From an uncultured Myxococcales bacterium (lineage in GTDB: Bacteria; Myxococcota; UBA727; JABDBI01), in NCBI GenBank assembly GCA_964493205.1, contig CAZBMJ010000001.1:73611-137610 (forward strand): DNA of 64,000 bases, written 5' to 3'. The position numbers and the translations under genes were made by a program. Below, in pieces: positions 16,772 through 27,403 of the stretch. Under the pieces are notes generated by a model. The model was given only the letters and a program-made list of their open reading frames with translations, made no database searches and had not been told where the DNA came from. Numbering within the stretch: position 1 is the first letter of the stretch; every line of letters starts with the position of its first letter.

Positions 16772-19700
16772 ATGAACAAAATATTTTTATATTGTTTAGT
16801 GTTTATTACTGCTAATTATTTATCAGCTATGAAATTTAATCCAATTAATAAAGATTGCTATATTGAAAGAAATTATGAGGTATTAAATAACTATAATAAT
16901 TTTAGTGTTTATATTAAATCTAAAATTGTTGATGTTATTGATAATTTTTATGAAAAATATGTGAAAAAAGATCTTCATAATGAAAGATATATGACTAGGT
17001 TGTTATTATTTTTAGTAAATATGGCACATGAATATAATATTGTAGATGATATTTTAGAAAATATTGAAAAAAATAATGAACAAGAAATTATAATTTACGC
17101 AAAAGAAATATACTTAAAATTTAGTAAAAATAATAATGAATTAATTCAAAATGCTTACACGGCTTTTGACGATAAAATATCAATAGAAGAATTAAATAAA
17201 TTAAGTCTTAATAATTCATATGGCATTGATGTTGTATATAAAAATAATAACATGATTAATCACCATTTAGTGGATATGATATTTTTTAAAATTATTAAAA
17301 ATAATTGTGATTTAGAAATAACTAGCCCTTCTTTAGGAATAACACTTCCAGCATCTATATGGTTTAAGTTGATTATTCTTGATCAGCAAGTAAAGATTTT
17401 ACTTTATAAAGAAAAATTTATATATAAACCATATTTTCCTTCAGTTGTTATAGAAACTTTATTTGATGATAATAATCATAGTAATTGTAGTAATATCGAG
17501 AAAATTAATAAATTATTAAGTGGTTTATTTTTATTTAATAAAAGTGATTTTGATATTATAAAAAATGCATTTAAGTTTATAAAAAATATAGAAGATTTTA
17601 AAAATTTTAATAAAAAAGATCATTTTTTTCTTTTTAGATATATTGCTTATAAATACGATGATAAAAAAAAATATACAATGTTAAATTATTTTACAGAAAA
17701 TATTATATCTAAGAATTATGTTGATTTTTATAATGATAATTTTGGATTTTCTTCATTAGTAAATGAACTCAATCTTAATGTAAATGATTATAGTGCTGAA
17801 AAGATTGAAAATATTAAAAATAATATAATCAACCAACATAAAAAACGTATGTATGAAATTTTATCTAAAAAATATTTTTACAATAAAGAAGTGAGTGATA
17901 ATATTGCTCGAATAGAATATGATAATTTTCTGTTTGAAAGTGAAATTGTTAATAATTATAATAAAATAATTATTGATTTTAATAAAAAAAATAAAGATAT
18001 ATTAACTGTTGATAAAATTTTAAAAATTAAAAGCAATTTCAATGAATCTTTTAAGAAAAAAATTTTTGATATAACTGAAATATTAAAAAATAATTTAAAT
18101 AATAAACAAATTGGCATTTATAATAAATTTAATAATATTTATTTTGATTATAATGAATTTAAAAACATTGAGATTTTTGATTATAATTATGAGATGACAG
18201 ATTTTTATAAAAAAATTAGAAATAGATTGTTTGCTAATGAAATTGTTAAATTGATAATTATTAAATCGATTAAATTTAATTTTATAAACGATAATTCAAC
18301 GGAACAAGATGTTATTAATTTAATTAAAGAAAGGACTAATTTTTTATTAAATAGTAATAGTAAAAACATGTTCGATAATGAAATTATTTATTTAAATAAT
18401 ATTGTAGATATTAAATATAAGTCAAAATCTAAAAATTTAATAGGTATTGATGTATTTATTTTTAATGAATTTTTAAGAGAGTTTTATTTGAAAATATTTT
18501 ATATATCTCCTGAAAATAAATATAATTTTTCTACAAAAAGCAATAAATTAGATATTGAATTACGATTTGATGAATGGCTCTTATTATTTGAAACTTTATC
18601 AAAAAAAGCAATTTTTAATGAGTTAGCAGTGCAAAATATTTTTGATAAAATAGTTGAGAAATTTAAAGATATTAAAGCTTATATAAAATACAACAATGAG
18701 AATCCATTTTTTGATAATTATTTAGCGGGTAAAAACAATCAATCTCTTAGAAAAAAACTGTTTGTTTATTATTTATATAATGAAAATAAAGAACTTATTG
18801 ATAATATTAAAAATGAAAATAATGAAGAAATTATAAGAAATAAATTTAATAATTTTTTAAGCAAAATTAATTACGCTAATAAGATTTTAATCAATAATAA
18901 AGAACAAGAAGAGCTAAAAGAACAAGATAAAGCGATTATCGATGAATATTTAGAAGAATTATTAGGTAAAACTTCTCATATAAGTTTTGCGTCAAATAAA
19001 AAAAATAATAAAAAAACGCAAGCTAAGAAAAAAACAAAAGTAAAACCAGATAAAAAAACAGAAAATAAAAAAGAACTAGAACCAGAGGCAACTAAAAATA
19101 ATAAAGACAAGCAAAAAACAACTAAAACTAATAAAAACAACAAAAACCCACAAAACCAAACTGGTGGTTTTATTGCAGATATACCTCTTCATAATAATAC
19201 AAAAAAAACAAAGAAAGCTTTGACGAAAGGGAAAATATTAGTCCAAGAAGCAGAGGCAGAAAATAAAAAAGAAGTAGAGCCGAATGCAACTAAAAGTAAT
19301 AAAAACAAGAAAAACCAACAAGAACAAACTGGTGGTTCTGTTGCTGAAAGTCCAGGTGTAGGGCTTCGTGAAGTTTTTGAAGCAACGCCTAGTCCTCCTG
19401 AGAATTCAAAAGTTTTTTTACCAAAAGCCTCTAATAAAGTTTTGCCGAAAAGGGAAATATTAGTCCGAGAAGCAGAGGTAGAACCAGAAGCAGAACCATC
19501 TACAGATTTATCTAAATACAAATATTTATCAAAAAAAGTTATTGTACCACAAATAAATAGCCAGTTTGGAGCTTTGCAGTATAAACTTGATAAAAAATAT
19601 GAAGATAAGCAAGAAAAAGTAGGGAAAAATGATGTAGTTTCTCTGCCTAACAGTAATGAGAAACCAGTAGCTATTAAACAAAAAACTGAATTGAGTCCTG

Positions 19701-20917
19701 TTCAAAATATTGAAAAAGAAGAATCAATAGTTTCAGAAGAAAAAAAAGAAATGTCAAAAAGAAAAATAAGAAAAGCAGAAATCAAAAGAATGAAAATTAA
19801 AGAAGATAGGGCTGAAAGAAAAAAAATTGCTATAAATGCTATAAATAATCAAAAATCTTTAAAAGCTAGTAAGGACAATTGGGAAAAAGAACAGCAAAAT
19901 AGAGAATTAGCATCAAAGAATAATTATGAAAAACTCTTATTAGAGTTAGAAAACAGAAATAGGGTTATAGAAAAAGCACTGTTAAAAAATGATTTTAAAG
20001 TAGTAGCGCTTAAAAAGAAATTAGAAGACGAATTGGAACGCAATAAAGTATCAATAAATCAAATACGCAAAAAAATAAACGATAAAACATTAAACTTAAA
20101 AGAGGCAGAAAAAAGTGTATCTATTTATTCAATTGAAAATTATGAAAAACCAGTAGTTATTCAACAAAAAACTGAATTAAGTCCTGTTCAAAATATTGAA
20201 AAAGAAAAGCCAAAGGCTGTACAAAAAAGAAAGGAAAATAATAATAAAGTAAGAAATTTTTTCGATACTACTAAAAATATTGCTAAAGATGCTATTTCTG
20301 CAGCTTCTGCAACTAAAAAAGTTGTTTTAGGGGATTTTGCATATGTGGCCAATTTTTTAAGTCAAAGACAAATAAATAGAATACAAACAGAAAATAAAAA
20401 ATTTATTGATAATTTTTCTAAAGATAAGGAAAAATACACTGAAATGATAAAAGAAATTTCAAAAAATTATTGCAATAATATTTTTGCTTTAGATGAGTTT
20501 ATAAATATATTGATTAATGAAAAACATAATGAAGATATTAATTATTTTAATATTAAATTATCAGAGGTTGATCTATATATTAAGAATATTTCTTTAAATC
20601 AGAATAATAAAAATGTTAATAATCTTGTTGAGCAAATATGTAATAATTTTAAATATTTAAATGAACATGAGGCAAATTTTATACAATTGATTTATTCATC
20701 ATCACATTATCAAAATTTGGTATATTCATTTATGCAAGTAGATGGTAATATTAGTGAACAAGATTTTAGTAAGTTATTGTTATGGGGTACTGCACATATA
20801 AAACAAAAAACTTTACTAAGTGATCGAGTTCTTGCTTATAAAAATAAAAGAAACATGTATTATGGCTATATAATTTCTTCTTATGAAAGATTAAGAGAAA
20901 TTTTAAAGCAAGAATAG
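16772..20917 (+). CDS. Giant (1381 aa) low-complexity Asn/Lys/Ile-rich secreted protein with internal tandem repeats
   Basis: 4.1-kb ORF in 30% GC DNA cannot plausibly arise by chance. Signal peptide MNKIFLYCLVFITANYLSA. Repeats at 19061..19482 and at 19658..19721 / 20144..20209. Confidence 0.6.
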   Translation: MNKIFLYCLVFITANYLSAMKFNPINKDCYIERNYEVLNNYNNFSVYIKSKIVDVIDNFYEKYVKKDLHNERYMTRLLLFLVNMAHEYNIVDDILENIEKNNEQEIIIYAKEIYLKFSKNNNELIQNAYTAFDDKISIEELNKLSLNNSYGIDVVYKNNNMINHHLVDMIFFKIIKNNCDLEITSPSLGITLPASIWFKLIILDQQVKILLYKEKFIYKPYFPSVVIETLFDDNNHSNCSNIEKINKLLSGLFLFNKSDFDIIKNAFKFIKNIEDFKNFNKKDHFFLFRYIAYKYDDKKKYTMLNYFTENIISKNYVDFYNDNFGFSSLVNELNLNVNDYSAEKIENIKNNIINQHKKRMYEILSKKYFYNKEVSDNIARIEYDNFLFESEIVNNYNKIIIDFNKKNKDILTVDKILKIKSNFNESFKKKIFDITEILKNNLNNKQIGIYNKFNNIYFDYNEFKNIEIFDYNYEMTDFYKKIRNRLFANEIVKLIIIKSIKFNFINDNSTEQDVINLIKERTNFLLNSNSKNMFDNEIIYLNNIVDIKYKSKSKNLIGIDVFIFNEFLREFYLKIFYISPENKYNFSTKSNKLDIELRFDEWLLLFETLSKKAIFNELAVQNIFDKIVEKFKDIKAYIKYNNENPFFDNYLAGKNNQSLRKKLFVYYLYNENKELIDNIKNENNEEIIRNKFNNFLSKINYANKILINNKEQEELKEQDKAIIDEYLEELLGKTSHISFASNKKNNKKTQAKKKTKVKPDKKTENKKELEPEATKNNKDKQKTTKTNKNNKNPQNQTGGFIADIPLHNNTKKTKKALTKGKILVQEAEAENKKEVEPNATKSNKNKKNQQEQTGGSVAESPGVGLREVFEATPSPPENSKVFLPKASNKVLPKREILVREAEVEPEAEPSTDLSKYKYLSKKVIVPQINSQFGALQYKLDKKYEDKQEKVGKNDVVSLPNSNEKPVAIKQKTELSPVQNIEKEESIVSEEKKEMSKRKIRKAEIKRMKIKEDRAERKKIAINAINNQKSLKASKDNWEKEQQNRELASKNNYEKLLLELENRNRVIEKALLKNDFKVVALKKKLEDELERNKVSINQIRKKINDKTLNLKEAEKSVSIYSIENYEKPVVIQQKTELSPVQNIEKEKPKAVQKRKENNNKVRNFFDTTKNIAKDAISAASATKKVVLGDFAYVANFLSQRQINRIQTENKKFIDNFSKDKEKYTEMIKEISKNYCNNIFALDEFINILINEKHNEDINYFNIKLSEVDLYIKNISLNQNNKNVNNLVEQICNNFKYLNEHEANFIQLIYSSSHYQNLVYSFMQVDGNISEQDFSKLLLWGTAHIKQKTLLSDRVLAYKNKRNMYYGYIISSYERLREILKQE

Positions 20918-20918
20918 C

Positions 20919-22025
20919 TTAATCAATTTTAAGTAATGTCTCTAATAATTTATATGAAACTAAATAGGGGTCAGAGTTGGCCCCTGGTCTTCTATCTTCT
21001 ATATAACCGCATTTTTCTCGTTCAACCATATCTGGTATTCGTATGGAAGCACCTCGGTCTCGTGGGCCGGCTCTAAAGGTATTAATATCACAGGTTTCAT
21101 ATTTGCCAGTTAACCTTTTTTCTAAACCATGGCCGTAGTATTTTATATGCTCTGGATGCCTTGTTTTTAGTGTTTCTATAAATTTATTTATAAACTCCAT
21201 GCCACCAATTTTATTGCGCATTTGGATAGTAGAAAAATTAGTATGATTGCCCGCTCCATTCCAATCGCCTGCCATAGGTTTATTATCAAAAGACACATGA
21301 ATATTAAGATCTTCAGCTATACGAACTAGCAACCATCTTGCTATCCATAATTGGTCACAAACGTTAATAGGGCTTGCATCTTCATTCTCAATATTTCTAT
21401 AGCCGATCTGAAATTCCCAACTTGAAGGCATGACTTCTGCATTAGTTCCAAAAATCATTAAATCAGCTTTTAAACAAGCCTGCATATGAGCTTCTACAAG
21501 CTCTCTTCCAAACATTTTGTTGCTACCAATGCCGCAATAATAATCGCCCTGAGGTTTGGGTAAGCTTTCTTTGGGCCAACCTAACGGTCTACTTTTATCA
21601 AATTCAAATAGGGTATATTCTTGTTCAAAACCAATATAGCAATCATATTTTTTACAATCTTTACTTAAACTTGCTAGTTGTGCTCTAGTATTTGATTCAA
21701 TAGGGTTATATTGATCATCAACAACTTCACAAAGAACCAAAAAATTGCCCAAACCTCTAATAGGATCTTTAAAAAATGATACGGGCATAAGCACTAAATC
21801 AGATTTATTACCACTAGCTTGGTAAGTGGATGAACCATCAAAAGACCAGTAAGGGAAATCCTTTATTGTAATATTATTTGTAGTATCAAAATCAAGTATT
21901 CGACATTTGCTGCGAAGTTTAGGAGTTAGTTTTTTGCCGTCTAGCCAAATATATTCAACGCATGATTTCATTAATTTATCGCCTGTAAATTTTCTACAAC
22001 TATTAAAACAAATAGCTTTAATCAA
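20919..22025 (-). CDS. glnII: Glutamine synthetase type II (eukaryote-like)
   Basis: Motifs KPQGDYYCGIG, NGAGNHTNFS, RLTGKYETCDINTF and RGASIRIP are type II glutamine synthetase signatures. True start probably at the internal Met (MKSCVEY). Confidence 0.8.
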   Translation of the reverse strand: MIKAICFNSCRKFTGDKLMKSCVEYIWLDGKKLTPKLRSKCRILDFDTTNNITIKDFPYWSFDGSSTYQASGNKSDLVLMPVSFFKDPIRGLGNFLVLCEVVDDQYNPIESNTRAQLASLSKDCKKYDCYIGFEQEYTLFEFDKSRPLGWPKESLPKPQGDYYCGIGSNKMFGRELVEAHMQACLKADLMIFGTNAEVMPSSWEFQIGYRNIENEDASPINVCDQLWIARWLLVRIAEDLNIHVSFDNKPMAGDWNGAGNHTNFSTIQMRNKIGGMEFINKFIETLKTRHPEHIKYYGHGLEKRLTGKYETCDINTFRAGPRDRGASIRIPDMVEREKCGYIEDRRPGANSDPYLVSYKLLETLLKID

Positions 22026-22269
22026 ATATTCTTTTTATAACCCATTGTTTATATTAATAAATTTATAAATTGATGAAAATCATCCATTTGATGGTTGATT
22101 TTTAGCCACTAGGTGGTTAATATTGTAATATGTTTAAAAGAAATATGACCCTTGCACAAGAGACAGGTTCTAATTTTCAACGTGGCATTGTTTTATATCT
22201 TGGTGATACTGTGGTACCTTTTGGGCCTAAACTACATGCGGTACCGTTGAGCTTTCTGTTTACGAAATC

Positions 22270-22755
22270 CTAAATATTCTTTCTATAAAAAACTTCAGCC
22301 AAGGCGAGAGACAAAGCATCAGAAGCATCTTCTTTATTGGGTAAACTAATTTTTAATTCAAGAGATATAATTTGAGCAACTTGAAATTTCTGTGCTCTCC
22401 CTCGTCCTGAAATTAAAGATTTTACTTGGGTAGGAGTAAAAGACCTAACGTCTATGTTGTGTATGCCCAATATAGCCATAACTGCTCCTCGTGCTTGAGC
22501 TAAGATTATGGCAGAACGAGGGTTTTTAAACAAAAATAAATCCTCTACTACTGCTTTATTAGGTTTGTATTTATCAAGCAAAAAAGATAAATCATGAGAC
22601 AGATCTTTTATGCGTTCTGACAATATTTTTTTAGGCTTTAATGAAATTACTCCATGGCTAATATGGAAAAAACTACCGTCTGCATTAAGTTTTATAATTC
22701 CAAATCCAGTATTTATAGAACCAGGATCTATGCCAATAATAATTTCATCTGCCAC
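22270..22755 (-). CDS. ruvC: Holliday junction resolvase
   Basis: N-terminal IIIGIDPGSINTGFGII and overall RuvC length and pattern. Confidence 0.85.
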   Translation of the reverse strand: MADEIIIGIDPGSINTGFGIIKLNADGSFFHISHGVISLKPKKILSERIKDLSHDLSFLLDKYKPNKAVVEDLFLFKNPRSAIILAQARGAVMAILGIHNIDVRSFTPTQVKSLISGRGRAQKFQVAQIISLELKISLPNKEDASDALSLALAEVFYRKNI

Positions 22756-23508
22756 TTACATAATTTCCATGAGTTCTTTTTCATCAAAATCTATATTGCT
22801 ATAAACATTTTGAACGTCGTCATTATCTTCTAAGCCTTCTATCATTTCAAATATTTTTTTAGCATTATCAGCAGTTACTTTAACCAAAATATCTGGAATC
22901 ATTGTTATTTCACTATTTGAGGGATTAAGTTGCGCGGTAATCAAAGCATCTTTAAGCGTTAAATAATTTTCAGGAGCACAAGTAATACTCATTATTTCGC
23001 CATCATTTTGTAAGTCTTCTAACCCATGATCAAGGCCAAGTTCTAATATTTTATCTTCATTTGGTAGGGTGGCAGATTCTGAATCAAAAATTATTTGTCC
23101 TTTTTTCTTAAACAAAAATAAAACTGAACCAGGTGCACCAAGGCTACCACCTTTTTTCTGAATAATAGTTCTTACTTCACTTAGAGTACGATTGCGATTA
23201 TCAGTCATGCATTCAACCACTATGGCAACACCTCCTGGAGCGTAGCCTTCATACACAAGTTCTTCTACATCATTGCCACCGCCACCAAGACCTTTGCTTA
23301 TAGCTCTAGTAATATTGTCTTTAGGCATATTTGATGATTTAGCGTCGTCTAAGGCTTTTCTAAGTCTAGGATTGCATCCTGGGTCCTCACCTGAAAGTTT
23401 TACAGCCAGTGTAATTTCACGAATTATTTTTGTCCATACTTTTGATTTTTTAGCGTCAGCTGCGCCTTTTTTATGTTTTATCTTCGACCATTTATTATGT
23501 CCAGCCAT
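22756..23508 (-). CDS. yebC: YebC/PmpR-family probable transcriptional regulator
   Basis: MAGHNKWSKIKHKKGAADAKK N-terminus is diagnostic of the YebC family. Conserved ruvC-adjacent position. Confidence 0.85.
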   Translation of the reverse strand: MAGHNKWSKIKHKKGAADAKKSKVWTKIIREITLAVKLSGEDPGCNPRLRKALDDAKSSNMPKDNITRAISKGLGGGGNDVEELVYEGYAPGGVAIVVECMTDNRNRTLSEVRTIIQKKGGSLGAPGSVLFLFKKKGQIIFDSESATLPNEDKILELGLDHGLEDLQNDGEIMSITCAPENYLTLKDALITAQLNPSNSEITMIPDILVKVTADNAKKIFEMIEGLEDNDDVQNVYSNIDFDEKELMEIM

Positions 23509-23529
23509 GTAAAAACTCCCACAAAATTT

Positions 23530-24702
23530 TCAATAAGCCAAATAGCAGTAATTTTCCTCTTCATCTATCCCCATTAAATCTTTTCTTTTAATGCTATCGC
23601 CTTTTTTTGGCGGCCATAAAAATCCATGATATTCATCAAAATATTCACGTTCATTTTTAAAAATACTAATAATCTTTGATTCTTTATCACTCATTCCTAA
23701 GGACACATGATCAGTTTTAAATATAGTATCATTTTCTTTGTGAAAATTTTTTCCTGTAATAAAAATTTCAGAATTTGCTGGAATTTCTTTGTTTATATTT
23801 ACAGTAAAATAATCTATTTTTTTGTAATCTTTTTTGTTTATAATTTCTAAAATTATAGTATCTATAAATAATTCTTTATTGGAGATATTTTTTATTTTTA
23901 TAAATTCATATTCATTTTGCTTTTCATCTTTTAAAACTTTTGGATTTATCATTATTTCAGATATTTTTAATGCACTATTTTCTGCTGTTTTAAAATTTCC
24001 ATTAAATATTTTAGTATTAGACTGATAATCTGTAGCTGTAATAATAAATTCATAATTAGTATTTGGTGTTAAATTATTAATATGAACTTCGCACGTAGCT
24101 CCAATAGCGTAGCTACATTGATTAAATAAAATATTTTTTCCTTTTTCCCCAATTAAACTAACCTCTAGTGTCACTATGTTGTTAAACCTTAAATTAAATC
24201 TAGCAGAGTTAGACGATATTTTAATAATGGGTTTTCTAAGGCTTATTAAGTGAGGGTCTGGAGAAATTAGTTTAATATCTAGTGGCTTAAAAATTATTAC
24301 TTGCTCATCAATGGTTTGTAAATTTTCTATTTCTAATAAAAAATTTTCTGTAGGGATAATATTGGTTTTATCAAATAAATTATTCACTAAAATTTCTAAA
24401 TTTTTATTATTATTTGTATGTAAAAAATTATCTATTTTGTAAATAAATTTTTTATTGTTTTTATTGGTAATTTTTATTTGTGATTCAGGTGTTAATTTAA
24501 CTGGTCTATCAAAGTTAAGAATAAAGCGGCTTTGTAAATAGGTAACAGCCTCTTCAAAATTGGAGTTTATTAATTTAGGTGTTGGCTGCAATGTTTTAGG
24601 CTTTTGAGTGCTTGTATGTGCGTGTGCAAAAAAAATACTTTCGTCTATTTCGCTGCAGCCTGCTATGAAAACAATATGTATTATTAGTATAGATATTTTC
24701 AT
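23530..24702 (-). CDS. Hypothetical lipoprotein (lipobox FIAGC), co-operonic with comEA
   Basis: Signal peptide plus lipobox. Its start overlaps the comEA stop by 1 nt. Confidence 0.5.
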   Translation of the reverse strand: MKISILIIHIVFIAGCSEIDESIFFAHAHTSTQKPKTLQPTPKLINSNFEEAVTYLQSRFILNFDRPVKLTPESQIKITNKNNKKFIYKIDNFLHTNNNKNLEILVNNLFDKTNIIPTENFLLEIENLQTIDEQVIIFKPLDIKLISPDPHLISLRKPIIKISSNSARFNLRFNNIVTLEVSLIGEKGKNILFNQCSYAIGATCEVHINNLTPNTNYEFIITATDYQSNTKIFNGNFKTAENSALKISEIMINPKVLKDEKQNEYEFIKIKNISNKELFIDTIILEIINKKDYKKIDYFTVNINKEIPANSEIFITGKNFHKENDTIFKTDHVSLGMSDKESKIISIFKNEREYFDEYHGFLWPPKKGDSIKRKDLMGIDEEENYCYLAY

Positions 24703-25502
24703 TATTTTAACTCCCTAATTTTTATGAAATTACTAAATTCATAGTTGCTATAGCTATCTAGTATTGCTTGATTGGTAGTCATTTGATTTTTTATATTATT
24801 TAGTTCTTCTGTTGATTTTGCTTTTTTAGCTAGTTCTATTAAGCTTGTATAAGCAAAGTAATGCTTATGAATTTTTTCTATTAAATCATATCGCTGTTCA
24901 AGTTTTTTTAGTGTTAAATTAGCCAGAGCTATTTCATCTTCATTAAATATTAACTTATTTAAGTCAAAACTAGCTTTAACACCAAATCCATATCCATCAG
25001 TTTTTTTTAGTACGGGATCTTTTTTTTGTGTGGATGATTTTTCTTTATCAAAGTCGGCTATTAATGTTAAATTTGGTAAGGCTGCTGAGCTTCTTAAACG
25101 TTTAAAAGCATTTTCGTCTAAGCTTTTTTGTAGGTTTAAATTATTTAGTACTTTTTCTTCTAAATCTTTCAGGGGGATCACTATAAAATTAGGGATTTCT
25201 AATACTTGCTTAGAACTATTTTTTATATATTTTTTTAAAGTTTGTGTGCTCGGTGGTGAAGAAAATGTCACAAGATTTTTAATAAGCTCTATTTTGTTTT
25301 CGCTTATTCCTTTAATATTCGTAAGCTCTTCAATACTATTAAATTTTTTTTGTTGCCTTTGAGCTATAATCTGTTCTGCAGCTGATTTTCCTATGCCAGG
25401 AAGTAGGGCGATCTGTTCTTTATTTGCTGTATTTAGATCAATTTTTTGCCAAGAAAAAACTTTTATGCAACTTATAAGCATAAACAATAAAATTATTTTC
25501 AT
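24702..25502 (-). CDS. comEA: ComEA-like helix-hairpin-helix DNA-binding competence protein with a long C-terminal extension
   Basis: IDLNTANKEQIALLPGIGKSAAEQIIAQRQ is the ComEA HhH motif. The 266-aa length is about 2.5 times that of a typical ComEA. Confidence 0.65.
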   Translation of the reverse strand: MKIILLFMLISCIKVFSWQKIDLNTANKEQIALLPGIGKSAAEQIIAQRQQKKFNSIEELTNIKGISENKIELIKNLVTFSSPPSTQTLKKYIKNSSKQVLEIPNFIVIPLKDLEEKVLNNLNLQKSLDENAFKRLRSSAALPNLTLIADFDKEKSSTQKKDPVLKKTDGYGFGVKASFDLNKLIFNEDEIALANLTLKKLEQRYDLIEKIHKHYFAYTSLIELAKKAKSTEELNNIKNQMTTNQAILDSYSNYEFSNFIKIRELK

Positions 25503-25581
25503 TAAAAATCCCCCTAAAAATAGTTTTAATGCCTAATATAAAATAAAACACTCATAAAAAGAAAGTGAAAGTTTTGTTTTT

Positions 25582-25896
25582 TTGGCGGCGCGCATGAAAA
25601 TTTTTTTTATATTTATTTTAGTTCTTAATACATCATATATAAACGCTCATGATAATCTTGATTATATACTACAAGACATAAATTCTCGTGCGCATAAGCC
25701 TAGTATTTGGTATTTTTTACTACCAGAAACAAGCTTTGGTATAAGTGTGCAAGATAATTATTCTAAGAACGATACAGTGTTTTTTATAAATTTATTATGG
25801 CAATCAAAAAATATTTCAATGCAAGAACAAGAAAAAATTAAAAATATTGTAATAAGCCATGAGCTTTTAACCCATGGCGAAGTTATGAAATATTAG
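25582..25896 (+). CDS. Small hypothetical secreted protein
   Basis: Signal-peptide-like N-terminus MKIFFIFILVLNTSYINA. Confidence 0.35.
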   Translation: MAARMKIFFIFILVLNTSYINAHDNLDYILQDINSRAHKPSIWYFLLPETSFGISVQDNYSKNDTVFFINLLWQSKNISMQEQEKIKNIVISHELLTHGEVMKY

Positions 25897-26516
25897 TTAA
25901 AGCAAGCTTTTTGTTGTACTAAATTATCATAAGAAATTGGTTTTTGTGCTTCGCCAGTTTCCCATGTTTTTACATATTCTCTTATAGTTGTAGTAATTGA
26001 TTCATCTTCTACTTCTTCTGTATGGTCAAGTACAATAGTTTCTTTTATTTTTACGTTTCTCATTTCTTCTGCTGCATCTGTTTGCATTACTCTTGCAATT
26101 ACATCGCAATTACTTTCTTGTTGAGAAAAATTTTTATCAGCTTTTTGTGCATAAGCATTATCTTCTATCCATCGTTGCTCACGTTCGCAGAAAGTTACTT
26201 TATTAAGTGGATATTTTTTCTTTGTTTCTGTTCCAGTTTGCCAATTTTTTACTCTACCATTTATAAGTTTGGTAGTAGTAGTTTCTATTACAGTGCATTT
26301 GAATGCTTTATGAGTAGTTTGTTCGCAGCTTACAAGTCTACTTGATTCTGTAGGTGCATTGCAATTTATAATTTTTGTTATTTTAGGCATTTGTTCTAGA
26401 TAATCTTGGATTTGACTTTGGCTTTGATTAGCTGCATTACTGCCAACTGAACACAAAAGCGCTGCAATTAGTATACCAAAACACTTCTTAGATAAATTTG
26501 AAATAGTAAACATCAT
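25893..26516 (-). CDS. Hypothetical secreted protein
   Basis: Signal peptide with 207-aa ORF. No motif recognised. Confidence 0.4.
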   Translation of the reverse strand: MMFTISNLSKKCFGILIAALLCSVGSNAANQSQSQIQDYLEQMPKITKIINCNAPTESSRLVSCEQTTHKAFKCTVIETTTTKLINGRVKNWQTGTETKKKYPLNKVTFCEREQRWIEDNAYAQKADKNFSQQESNCDVIARVMQTDAAEEMRNVKIKETIVLDHTEEVEDESITTTIREYVKTWETGEAQKPISYDNLVQQKACFN

Positions 26517-26686
26517 ATATATTAACCTCGTTAATTTTAGTTATCGTGGTTGGTTAACATTGTTAAACATATATGCATTCCAAAAAATGATAATTATAAT
26601 TAAATTTATATTATTATATATGATATTAGCATTAATCTATAACATAATTATTATTGCCCAGATCTATAAACATTAAATAATGAGTT

Positions 26687-27367
26687 TTATTCATAATTTA
26701 AGAATATTTTTGGGTCTTGTGGCTTTTGGTCAACTCTGACTTGAAAATGTAACATTGGTGTTGGAATGCCGCCTGACTTACCCACAGTTCCAATTATTTG
26801 ACCTTTTTTTACCACTTGTTCTGTTTTAACTAACGCAGTATTTAAGTGAGTATAAACAGTTATTAAAGAATTTTTATGTTCAATAATAACTAAAAGACCA
26901 AATTTTGTGCCATCGTTACCTACAAATAAGACTTTTCCATTTTGAGAGGCTGCTATTTGACTGCCCATTTTAGCTTTTATGGCTATCCCATCGTAAGGGT
27001 CTTTTTTAGTACGAGAAAAATTTTTGATAATTTGACCATTTTTTACAGGAAATAATAAACATTTTTCAATAGGTTTTGCTTCTTTTTTAGTTTTTTGTGG
27101 TTTACTACGAGATAATATAGCTTTTATTGGTTCTGCTTGAGGGATAAAGATAATTTGTCCAGGTTTAATACTTGAATTTTTTAAGCCATTTACAAAAATA
27201 ATTTCGTCGGCACTGACATTATATTTACTAGATATTTGTGCAAGACTATCACGAGGTTTAACTCGATAGTAGCCACCAGCAATGTCACTGCGCTGTAATT
27301 TAGTGCTTAGTGTTACACATCCGCTTAGTAATAAAATTACTACTATATAAAAAACTTTTTTAGTCAT
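26687..27367 (-). CDS. LysM-domain M23 peptidase lipoprotein (NlpD-like)
   Basis: Lipobox LLLSGC. LysM sequence DSLAQISSKYNVSADEIIFVNGL. C-terminal M23 HxxxD/HxH-type region. Confidence 0.7.
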   Translation of the reverse strand: MTKKVFYIVVILLLSGCVTLSTKLQRSDIAGGYYRVKPRDSLAQISSKYNVSADEIIFVNGLKNSSIKPGQIIFIPQAEPIKAILSRSKPQKTKKEAKPIEKCLLFPVKNGQIIKNFSRTKKDPYDGIAIKAKMGSQIAASQNGKVLFVGNDGTKFGLLVIIEHKNSLITVYTHLNTALVKTEQVVKKGQIIGTVGKSGGIPTPMLHFQVRVDQKPQDPKIFLNYE

Positions 27368-27403
27368 AATTATTATAATAGCAAATATTATATAAAATAA
27401 AAT

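Noticed and set aside
19189-19521. 110-aa minus-strand ORF inside the giant secreted protein gene
   Set aside because: It is embedded in the tandem-repeat region of a 4.1-kb + strand ORF. It is an antisense artefact of low-complexity sequence.
22026-22269. 43-codon + strand ORF (MTLAQETGSNFQRGIVLYLGDTVVPFGPKLHAVPLSFLFTKS) in the glnII-ruvC intergenic region
   Set aside because: No ribosome-binding site, and no recognisable motif or conservation argument. More likely it is promoter or leader DNA for the divergent or convergent neighbours.
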